Assembly: GCA_046540955.1 (NCBI GenBank) | Contig: JBKHEF010000013.1 | Coordinates: forward strand, 1,104-65,103 | From: Wenzhouxiangella sp. | Lineage (GTDB): Bacteria > Pseudomonadota > Gammaproteobacteria > Xanthomonadales > Wenzhouxiangellaceae | Direction: 5' to 3' | Length of the DNA: 64,000 nt | Shown: in pieces, positions 1-7,954 of the stretch | Layout: every line of letters starts with the position of its first letter | Numbering within the stretch: the stretch's first letter is position 1 | Position numbers and translations under genes: made by a program | Notes under the pieces: generated by a model | Database searches by the model: none | What the model was told of the DNA's origin: nothing | The model's input: only the letters and a program-made list of their open reading frames with translations

Positions 1-874
1 AGGCGCGGCTGGCGCTTTTCGGCAGCATGTGCTCATACAGGTGCGCCGGGTCGGCGTTGGAGATCATGGCCTCGCACGAGCGCGAGCTGCCGTCGGCCAG
101 GCGCACGCCGGTCACCCGGTCGCCCTGCGTGGAGATCGACTCGACCGTGGTGTTGAGCTCGACGCGGATGCCGACATCGTCCATCAGCTGGTGCAATGCA
201 TCGACCAGCGCGCCGGTGCCGCCCATGGCAAAGTGCACGCCATGGGCGCTTTCCAGGAAGTGAATCAGCCCGTAGATGCTGGTCGTATCAAACGGGTTGC
301 CGCCCACCAGCAGCGGCTGGATGGAGAAGGCCTGGCGCAGGTGGTCGCTTTTCAGGCGCCGGCTGACCATCTGCCAGACCGTACGCCAGGCGCCCAGCCG
401 GGCCAGGTGCGGCACCTGGCGCAGCATGAAACCCATCCTGTGGAACGGGGCGTCGGAGAGCTGGGTGAAACCGACGTCGTAGAGCCGACGGGAGTCTTCC
501 AGCAGGCGCTGGTAGCCGGCCACGTCTTCAGGCTGGATCCGCCCGATTTCGGCGAGCGTCTGTTCCATGCTGCCGCCGTAGTCAAAGCGCTCGCCATCGG
601 CGAACTCGAAGCGATACCATGGATCCATCGGTACCAGTTCGACGGCATCGGCAAGCTTCCGACCGAACAGGGCGAACAATTCCTCGAACAGAAATGGGGC
701 GGTCAGGACCGTCGGGCCGGCGTCGTGGCGATAGCCGTCTTTCTCAAACACCTGGGCGCGCCCGCCGAGCCGTGCACAGCGATCCAGCAGGGTGACGTCA
801 TAGCCCTTGGCGCGGGCCCGCAAGGCGGCCGCCATGCCGCCAAAACCGCCACCGATGACGATGACTCGATTCAT
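1..874 (-). CDS. crtI: Phytoene desaturase (5' part, runs off left edge)
   Basis: Not in the ORF track; manual minus-strand translation gives MNRVIVIGGGFGGMAAALRARAKGY...GGRAQVFEKDGYRHDAGPTVLT...QPLLVGGNPF...GVHFAMGGTGALV (FAD-binding GxGxxG and CrtI motifs). ATG overlaps the crtE stop (ATGA). Confidence 0.93.
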   Translation of the reverse strand, partial: MNRVIVIGGGFGGMAAALRARAKGYDVTLLDRCARLGGRAQVFEKDGYRHDAGPTVLTAPFLFEELFALFGRKLADAVELVPMDPWYRFEFADGERFDYGGSMEQTLAEIGRIQPEDVAGYQRLLEDSRRLYDVGFTQLSDAPFHRMGFMLRQVPHLARLGAWRTVWQMVSRRLKSDHLRQAFSIQPLLVGGNPFDTTSIYGLIHFLESAHGVHFAMGGTGALVDALHQLMDDVGIRVELNTTVESISTQGDRVTGVRLADGSSRSCEAMISNADPAHLYEHMLPKSASRA

Positions 875-1779
875 GCATTCTCCTTGCAGGGCAGCGCTGC
901 GTGCAGCTTGAGCGCGGTTTCGGCCAGCAGCCGACCCGAGTTGCAGGGCAGCGTTCGCGCCAGTGCCGCGGTCTGGCCGAAGTGCTTGCCGGCGCGCTTG
1001 GCCACGATCGAAGCCGGCTCGGTTTGCCCGGCAGCCTCGACGACGCGCACGGCGTTGAGGGCATTTCTGGCCCGGTCGGCCTCCAGGTCGCGCAGATCGT
1101 CGAACATCTGGTAGCCCAAAGAAAACAAGCGGCCGCAATCTTTGGCCAGCGGATCGAACTCCGCGTGTCCGGCCAGGTGCAGGGCAAAGCTCAGCGGCAA
1201 AGACAAAAGCGGGCCGGACTTGCCGGCCGCGATCGCTTCGTAAGACGCCAGGTCGGCGACGTTTCGACCTTCGCCCAGGTCTGCATCCTGGCCACGGATC
1301 AACAGTGTCACATGATTGTGCAAGTGAGGCGCCAGCGCCGATGTTGCCGGGGAGGTGGCCAGGGCGGCGTAGGCCGCCGACAGCAGCAGATCGCCGGTGC
1401 AGATGGCCACGGCCTCGCCATGCGCGGCCCAGACGGCCGGCCGGCCACGCCGAAGCCGATCGCGGTCCTGCACGTCGTCGTGCACCAGCGAGGCGTTATG
1501 GACCAGTTCCACGGACGCGGCGCTGGCGACGATGGCGGCCGGCTGAACGTCCAGCGCCAGTCCGGCCTCGATAGCCAGTCGCGCCCGGAATCGGCCGCCA
1601 CCGGCTTGAAGATGGTCCAGCGCGGCCTGCTGGGCCGCGCTGGAGGGGTTGCCGGACACGAGATCCTGCATGCGGCACTCGACCCGATCGAGCAGGGTCA
1701 AGGCATCGGCCGGCGCGGGGGCAGGCAGGGCGCCTGCGCCCGGGCCGGGCCTGTGCAGAGCATTTGCCTGGAGGCTCAT
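871..1779 (-). CDS. crtE: Geranylgeranyl diphosphate synthase (polyprenyl synthetase)
   Basis: FARM LVHDDVQDRDRLRRG and SARM YQMFDDLRD; located between rhodopsin and crtI. Confidence 0.88.
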   Translation of the reverse strand: MSLQANALHRPGPGAGALPAPAPADALTLLDRVECRMQDLVSGNPSSAAQQAALDHLQAGGGRFRARLAIEAGLALDVQPAAIVASAASVELVHNASLVHDDVQDRDRLRRGRPAVWAAHGEAVAICTGDLLLSAAYAALATSPATSALAPHLHNHVTLLIRGQDADLGEGRNVADLASYEAIAAGKSGPLLSLPLSFALHLAGHAEFDPLAKDCGRLFSLGYQMFDDLRDLEADRARNALNAVRVVEAAGQTEPASIVAKRAGKHFGQTAALARTLPCNSGRLLAETALKLHAALPCKENA

Positions 1780-1805
1780 GCGCGGATCCCGTGAGCCTGG
1801 TTGTC

Positions 1806-2561
1806 TCAGGCCGTAGCCGGGCTTTGCGACTTGCGAAGCGCGATCATGAAGATCAGTACACCAAAGAAGGCCTTGGCGACGACATCAGCGATCGTGTAGC
1901 CGACTTCGATCACGACGGTGGCGGTACCGCCATCCATGGGGATCACAAACGGCAGGAAGTACACAACCGGGTAGAAACTCCACGACAGAACCACGACCCA
2001 GCGCGCCAGATTGATCAGTCCGCGAACTTCGCTGGGCTGGCTGTTGATGGACTCCGACAGGCCGACAAACAGGCTGTAGACGATGTACAGGAACGGAATC
2101 ATCGACAGTGCGCCCCAGATGAACCGGGTGCCGTCGATGCCGCCGGAGACCTCGCCGGGATAACCCAGCAGAATCATCAGCGCGGCTGCGCCGCCGAGCG
2201 CCACGCTCTTGCGGATCGTTTCCGATTTGGTCAGGCTCATGACCAGAATCAACTCGACCAGCAGCAGCGGGACGGTCAACAGCCAGTCGACGTAGCGGTA
2301 GGCCTGGTTGAAGGCGACACCGGTCAGTTCGACGCTGCCGTCCATGACGGTGAACGCACTTTCCCAGCTGGCGAAAATTCGCAGGTAGTGATAGCCGGCG
2401 ATGAAGGTCACCAGCCCGGTGATGATCACGGCGAGCTTGTATTTCGGGGCGATTTGCGAAAGGCCTAGCCAGTAAAAAAGAGTCGCGGCGAGCATCGCCG
2501 CAATGCCAAACGAGAACGCGTTGTAGATCAGTTGATATTGTCCAAAGGATAAGGCTTCCAT
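1806..2561 (-). CDS. Xanthorhodopsin-type microbial rhodopsin, DTE outward proton pump
   Basis: Helix C AYRYVDWLLTVPLLLVE (D-T-E), helix B YHYLRIF His, helix G ADVVAKAFFG retinal Lys. Start reassigned to MEALSF at 2561, preceded by a GGAGA RBS. Confidence 0.95.
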   Translation of the reverse strand: MEALSFGQYQLIYNAFSFGIAAMLAATLFYWLGLSQIAPKYKLAVIITGLVTFIAGYHYLRIFASWESAFTVMDGSVELTGVAFNQAYRYVDWLLTVPLLLVELILVMSLTKSETIRKSVALGGAAALMILLGYPGEVSGGIDGTRFIWGALSMIPFLYIVYSLFVGLSESINSQPSEVRGLINLARWVVVLSWSFYPVVYFLPFVIPMDGGTATVVIEVGYTIADVVAKAFFGVLIFMIALRKSQSPATA

Positions 2562-2741
2562 TGATTTCTCCCAGTCGCGGTGCATTGTGACGCTGGACGG
2601 GCCTTGTTCGATCCTTGGGGAAACAGGCGCAGCCAGCAAGTAGAAAGTCTGGTGGGATCTTTCAGCGATGGGAGACTACGCCGCGAATGTGTAGCTTAAG
2701 TGAATCTAACTTCTTGAAAATGAAGTCAAAATGCTCACATC

Positions 2742-2760
2742 AGTGAAGTGTCTCTTCACT
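2742..2760. promoter_or_regulatory. Inverted repeat upstream of the rhodopsin gene (possible operator or hairpin)
   Basis: AGTGAAG-TGTCT-CTTCACT in an AT-rich intergenic stretch; a minus-strand TTGACT (-35-like) lies at 2724-2729. Confidence 0.3.
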
Positions 2761-2784
2761 CACGTCCTGTGCGTGGGCAATCCG

Positions 2785-5043
2785 TTATGGTTGCGGGTTG
2801 GCCTCAAATTGCAAATGCCGGTGCAAAAAGCGGGCGATCGTTTCGTAGACGTGCACGCGCTGGTTGTCGCCGGTGATGCCGTGTTTTTCGCCCGGATAGG
2901 TCATCAGGTCAAACTGGATGCGCGCTTCCTGCAGTTTTTGCATCAGCATGGTCGAGTGGGTGAACAGCACGTTGTCGTCGGCCATCGGGTGGATCAGCAG
3001 CAGGGGGTCGCTGATCCGGTCGGCCCAGCTCAGTACATTCCCCTTCCGATAGGCTTCGGGCTGGGCCTGCGGGGTGCCGAGGTAGCGCTCGGTGTAATGG
3101 GTGTCGTAGAGCGCCCAGTCGGTGACCGGGGCCACCGCGACGCCGGCGGCAAAGTTGCCCGGCTGCTGGGCCAGGGCCATCAGCGCCAGGTAGCCGCCGT
3201 AGCTCCAGCCGAAGATGCCGATGCGTTCAGGGTCGACGAAAGACTGGCCGCGCAGCCAGTCCAGGCCGATCATCTGGTCGATGATTTCGACCCGGCCCAG
3301 CTGGAGATGGGCTGCATCCTGAAAGGCCTTGCCCTGGCGGACGACGCCGCGGTTGTCGAGTGAGAAAACGATGTAGCCCTGGCGGGCAAAATACTGGTCG
3401 ATCAGCGCCCTGCGCCCCCAGCTGTCGGTGACCAGGCGATGGGTCGGGCCACCATAGACATGGACCAGCACGGGGTAGCGCCGTTGCGGATCAAAGCCGG
3501 CCGGCCGGATCATGCGGTAGCGCAGGGCCTGGCCATCGGGGCCGATCAACTGGCCGAACTCGGTGGCTTGATGGGCGGCCCGGTAAGGCGCGTAGGGATG
3601 GTCGTCATCGAGCTGGTTTTCGACCAGCCATGCCAGGCGCTCTCCGTCGGCCGAGTGCAAGGACAGTTGCTGGGGCTGCCGGGTGCTGGAATAGGTGTCG
3701 ACATAGACCCGGGCGGCGCGGTCCATGGTCACCTCGTGCCAGCCCGGCCGGCGCGAGAGGCGGGTGACGTTTTCAGGCGTTCGGGTCAGCAGGGACTGGC
3801 GGTAGAGATGTTTTTCTTCCGGTGAAACTTCCGCGGCGGTGAAATAGACCAGCCCGAGTTCTTCGTCCACCCCGACCAGTTCGTCAACCGCCCAATCCCC
3901 GGCGGTCAGGCGTCGGATCAGGCCACCGTCCAGGTCATGCAGGTACAAATGCCGGAATCCGTCTTGCTCGGACGACCAGATGAAGGCATCGAGACCATCG
4001 AGGAAGTGCAGGTCGTTGTGCAGGTTGATCCAGGTGTCAGAAGTCTCGGTCAGAACCACCTGCGCAGGGCCGCCGTCAAGCGTTGCGACGACCAACTCCA
4101 GGGTTTGCTGGTCCCGGCTCTGGCGCTGAAAGCTCACACGCTCGCCGTCGGGCAGCCAGGCAACGCGCGGGATGTAGATATCGTCATCTGCGCCCAGGTC
4201 GATGAAGCGGGTGCTGTCATCGGCCAGGTCGATCACGCCCAGGCGGTAGCTGACGTTGGGCGTGCCGGTGAACGGATAGCGTTGCTCGACCAGAGTGATT
4301 TGATCAGCTTCGATCTCGTAGCGGCGGGTTGGCGCGATGGCCGACTCGTCGGTGCGCAGGAACGCGATCCGGCGGCTGTCGGGCGACCACCAGAACCCGC
4401 GCGAGCGGTCCATTTCTTCCTGAGCGATGAACTCGGCCAGACCATTGGCCACGACCTCGTCGCCATCCTCGGTCAGCGCACGGACCTCGCCCGATTCCAG
4501 ATCCGCCACCCATAGGTTGCGCTCGCGCACAAAGGCCACGAAGCGCCCGTCGGGCGAGATGCGCGGGTCGATATCCGCTGCCGCGGCGTCAGTGACCTGG
4601 CGGACCTGGTGCTCTTCGGCCGCCAGATCAAGCAAGTGGATATCGCCGTCCAGGGGAAAGATCAGGTAGCGACCATCGCCTGACCAGCGGTACTCGACGA
4701 TGCCGCTCAAGCCCGAGATCCGGGCCCTCTCCCGCCGGGCCTGCTCGGCAGCGGATAGTTCTCCTTCCTCGGCGACGATACTGTCGGCAGCCACCAGCAG
4801 GCGGGTTTGCTTATCGGCGATGTGGTATTCCCACAGGTCGAGGCGGTCGCGGTCTTCCTCGCTGGCGCGCAGAAAGGTCACCCGGTCGCCGGCCGGTGAC
4901 AGCTCGGCCTGACGCAGGCTGGCTCCCGTCAGATCGGGTGATGCGAAGATGCGCTCGATGGTCAGGTCGGGCTGGGCCGGCGCCTGGACCGACCAGAGCA
5001 GCGCTGCAAGAACAGGCCAGAGCCTGGGGGAAAGAAAAGGCAT
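2785..5043 (-). CDS. Dipeptidyl peptidase IV (S9B), secreted
   Basis: Signal peptide, DPPIV beta-propeller (AQEEMDR..GFWWSPD), GWSYGG nucleophile, ADDNV Asp, EKHG His. Confidence 0.93.
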   Translation of the reverse strand: MPFLSPRLWPVLAALLWSVQAPAQPDLTIERIFASPDLTGASLRQAELSPAGDRVTFLRASEEDRDRLDLWEYHIADKQTRLLVAADSIVAEEGELSAAEQARRERARISGLSGIVEYRWSGDGRYLIFPLDGDIHLLDLAAEEHQVRQVTDAAAADIDPRISPDGRFVAFVRERNLWVADLESGEVRALTEDGDEVVANGLAEFIAQEEMDRSRGFWWSPDSRRIAFLRTDESAIAPTRRYEIEADQITLVEQRYPFTGTPNVSYRLGVIDLADDSTRFIDLGADDDIYIPRVAWLPDGERVSFQRQSRDQQTLELVVATLDGGPAQVVLTETSDTWINLHNDLHFLDGLDAFIWSSEQDGFRHLYLHDLDGGLIRRLTAGDWAVDELVGVDEELGLVYFTAAEVSPEEKHLYRQSLLTRTPENVTRLSRRPGWHEVTMDRAARVYVDTYSSTRQPQQLSLHSADGERLAWLVENQLDDDHPYAPYRAAHQATEFGQLIGPDGQALRYRMIRPAGFDPQRRYPVLVHVYGGPTHRLVTDSWGRRALIDQYFARQGYIVFSLDNRGVVRQGKAFQDAAHLQLGRVEIIDQMIGLDWLRGQSFVDPERIGIFGWSYGGYLALMALAQQPGNFAAGVAVAPVTDWALYDTHYTERYLGTPQAQPEAYRKGNVLSWADRISDPLLLIHPMADDNVLFTHSTMLMQKLQEARIQFDLMTYPGEKHGITGDNQRVHVYETIARFLHRHLQFEANPQP

Positions 5044-5184
5044 GTTGCGGAGGGTCCGGAAAATCTGGTGTCGGTACTATTGTGCGCAGCCAGAATCCAT
5101 TTTGGCAAATGCCCCTGCGCATCTGCCGCATGCAGCAGCTGGTTTGCGCGCTCACCCAAAACCTTATGTTTCAGGCGCGATCTT

Positions 5185-6549
5185 CTACACTCGGTCATGC
5201 ACCTGCGGCAGCGGATGACGGGTGGTGATGGTTTCCAGGCCATGGGCATTCGGGCCGCGTTCGGAGCGGTATAGCAACCACGAAAACAGCAGACCCAGGG
5301 CAGCCAGGGTGGTATAGAACCACATGCCGGCCGCGTAGCCGGCCGGATTGTCGGGTGCGGCGTTGAAGGTGTCGTTGAGCAGGCCGATGATCGGCGGAAC
5401 AATGGCCCAGCCCAATTGCTGGCACAGCGTCATCATCGCGTACGCCGAGCCCAGGCGACGTTCGTCGACGATGTAGGCGACCGACGGCCACATGACGGCT
5501 GGAATCAGGGCAAACACCGCGCCGAGCAGCAGCATCACGATCAGCAGGGTCAGCGGCACCTGGCCCGAGCCTACGAACGGCACGGTCAGCGTCATGTCCG
5601 GGCCGGGTGGTGCATAGGTGACGATCAGGAACAGCGGCAGCATGACCAGCGAACCTGTGGCCATGAAGAACGAACGTTTGCCGACCCGGTCGACCCACAG
5701 CCCGAAGATCGGCGTGATGAACATGGCCGCCAGCGGCAACAGGCTCGACAGCAGGCCGGCGGCCTGGCGCTCCAGACCGTGGGCCTGCTGGAAGTAGTCG
5801 ATGGCGAAGGTGCGAAACGGAAACACGGTGGAATAGAACACCACGCACAGCGCGACCACGTACCAGTAAGACGGGCTGAAGGCGAACAGATCACGGACGC
5901 TCAGCTTCTCGTGGTCGCCGCCTGGTCCAAGCTGATAGTTGCGCTCGGCCCGCCTCTCCATCAGCCAGTAGAGCAGGGCGGCGGTCACGGTGATGCCGCA
6001 CACCGCGGTGGCCAGCCACAGCGGGTCCTGCCAGTTGGCATACAGCGGGGTGGCGAAACCGGTCGACCAGTCGGCGGTGGTTGAACCGAAGCGTGAAATC
6101 GACAGGTTGATGCCGAAGGCAAAGCTCAGTTCCTTGCCCTTGAACCACTTGGCAATCGCCGTGGTGGCGGCCACGATCAGCGGTTCCGAACCCAGGCCCA
6201 GCATGACGCGGCCGGCCAGGATGGTCTCGTAGCGGGGGGTCAGCGCGGTCAGTGCGGCGGCGGCCAGGCAGACCAGGGCAAACACGAAAATGGCCCGCCG
6301 CGTACCGAAGCGATCGATGATCACGCCGCCGGCCAGCAGGATCGTCAGCGCGGCCAGGTTGTAGCCGGTCGACAGCCAGCCGATCTGCTGGTAGGAAAAA
6401 TCAAGCTGTTCGCGCATCAGGTCGATGACCGGCCCGAGCGCGTCGTAGACGTAGTAATTACCGAACATCGCCAGGCTGACGAACACCAGCACCACCCAAC
6501 GATAGGTCGGTGGCGGCGGCAGGGAATCCAGGCGAGGGTCGTGGGTCAT
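5185..6549 (-). CDS. MFS transporter, MFSD1-like
   Basis: About 12 TM segments, motif A GVIIDRFGTRR, N-terminal MFGNYYVYD resembling MFSD1 TM1. Confidence 0.85.
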   Translation of the reverse strand: MTHDPRLDSLPPPPTYRWVVLVFVSLAMFGNYYVYDALGPVIDLMREQLDFSYQQIGWLSTGYNLAALTILLAGGVIIDRFGTRRAIFVFALVCLAAAALTALTPRYETILAGRVMLGLGSEPLIVAATTAIAKWFKGKELSFAFGINLSISRFGSTTADWSTGFATPLYANWQDPLWLATAVCGITVTAALLYWLMERRAERNYQLGPGGDHEKLSVRDLFAFSPSYWYVVALCVVFYSTVFPFRTFAIDYFQQAHGLERQAAGLLSSLLPLAAMFITPIFGLWVDRVGKRSFFMATGSLVMLPLFLIVTYAPPGPDMTLTVPFVGSGQVPLTLLIVMLLLGAVFALIPAVMWPSVAYIVDERRLGSAYAMMTLCQQLGWAIVPPIIGLLNDTFNAAPDNPAGYAAGMWFYTTLAALGLLFSWLLYRSERGPNAHGLETITTRHPLPQVHDRV

Positions 6550-6934
6550 GCGCGCAGAAAGTTCGGTCAGCGGTCGCTTTTCCAGCGCAGTGTATACCGG
6601 GCAACTCGGGCGCGCGCCCGCACCATGTTCCAGCGCAGCCGGTCGATCAGGGCCAGGGCAGCCTGGCGGGCATCGACGAGGGGCTGGAGTATGCGATGAC
6701 GCGGGCCTGTTTCGCGACGACTAGAACCGAAACAGCGGGTATTGGCTTCGCGCTTGTTCCAGCAGGCCCTGGTCGTCGTCGGCGGCCTGACAACGATCAG
6801 GGCAAACAGCCAGTCACACAAGAGTTCCTTAAGTGGCATTGTCATGCACTCTGCCGGAACCGACAATCCGACCCAACGAAGCGGGCGAGTCGTGGCTTTG
6901 AGTGCACAGCGTCGGCCCGTTCTCGCCAGCTTGG

Positions 6935-7954
6935 CTATCTGCGATGCGGCGCTGAAGCCTCCGGGTCACACCAGTGGGCGGTCAGCAGGTAGTCGATGGT
7001 CAGGTTGTCGAACAGGGCCGAGCCGGTCGAGATGAACAGCACCGGTTCGGGGCAATCTTTCGGATGTTGCAACAGATGGCCAAGATCGACGATGCGGTGC
7101 CGATCCAGAAGGCTTTCGGAGTCGAAGCGCTTGAGATCGCCCCAGTGTCTGCTGTCATGGGTGTCTACACAGACATTGTAATGAGCGAGCACCTTGGGAT
7201 CGAGTTCGCGTTGCCAGTCGGTGTCGGCGCCGACGCTGATGACGATGCGTGGTTGGTAATCGGAGGCGTCAAACAGCGGCGACTCGCTGTCGGTAGCCAG
7301 GACCAGCGCGTCGGGCCGGCTGGATAGATCTGCGGCCTCGAACGTGCCCGTTTCCAGTTTCGGATTGTGCAGGGAGAGTTGTTCGGCGGCCAGGTGCGCC
7401 CGGCCCGGGGCGCGGTCGCTGAATTCGATCCGGCGGACCGTATCCAGCGTGGCAGCATAGCAGGCCGTGTAGAAGCCGACCCGACCGGCGCCGATGATGG
7501 CCAGGGTTTCACAGTTGGGCAACAGCAGGCGCAGACCCGTGACCGCGCAGGCACCGGTGCGCGCCGAGGACAGAATGCAGCCGGCAAAGCCGGCCTCGAT
7601 GAAGTTTTCGGCGCTGTGCAGGGCAAACGCCTTGCCAACACTGATTTCACCGGGCACGATCTGCCGTGGCCAATTGGTGCCTATGATCTTGACCGTCTTG
7701 CGAACCCGATCCGGGAATCGAACCACGCAGGGCATGACCCTGAAATCGGAGCGCTCTCCGGGATCGATGAACACTGACTTGGCCGGCAACTCGAGTTGCG
7801 CATCGCCGCGGGCAATGGCCTTCAGAGCCGCCAAAAGATGGTCCAGGTAGGCCGCAGGTGCAGCGGTCAGGGCCGCGTGCACCGCCGCATCGTCGAAGAA
7901 CACGTAGGGTTCAGGGTTGATGCGAAGTAGTTGATTGAGGGCGTTGTCGATCAT
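6935..7954 (-). CDS. Ornithine cyclodeaminase / mu-crystallin family protein (divergent)
   Basis: DFRVMP, LSSARTGA, IIGAGRVG Rossmann, ISVGAD, RELD, FISTGSALFD. Confidence 0.85.
   Translation of the reverse strand: MIDNALNQLLRINPEPYVFFDDAAVHAALTAAPAAYLDHLLAALKAIARGDAQLELPAKSVFIDPGERSDFRVMPCVVRFPDRVRKTVKIIGTNWPRQIVPGEISVGKAFALHSAENFIEAGFAGCILSSARTGACAVTGLRLLLPNCETLAIIGAGRVGFYTACYAATLDTVRRIEFSDRAPGRAHLAAEQLSLHNPKLETGTFEAADLSSRPDALVLATDSESPLFDASDYQPRIVISVGADTDWQRELDPKVLAHYNVCVDTHDSRHWGDLKRFDSESLLDRHRIVDLGHLLQHPKDCPEPVLFISTGSALFDNLTIDYLLTAHWCDPEASAPHRR

Noticed and set aside
29-1114. 361-aa plus-strand ORF (and 901-1794, 1764-2468)
   Set aside because: Antisense shadows of crtI, crtE and rhodopsin, typical of GC-rich DNA; no motifs
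2685-2720. Possible CarH/LitR 11-bp TnnACA repeats upstream of rhodopsin
   Set aside because: Only one good and one partial copy are in phase
5101-5120. Sigma54-like TGGCA...TGC
   Set aside because: GG-GC spacing is 11 rather than 10, and it is on the wrong strand for dpp4
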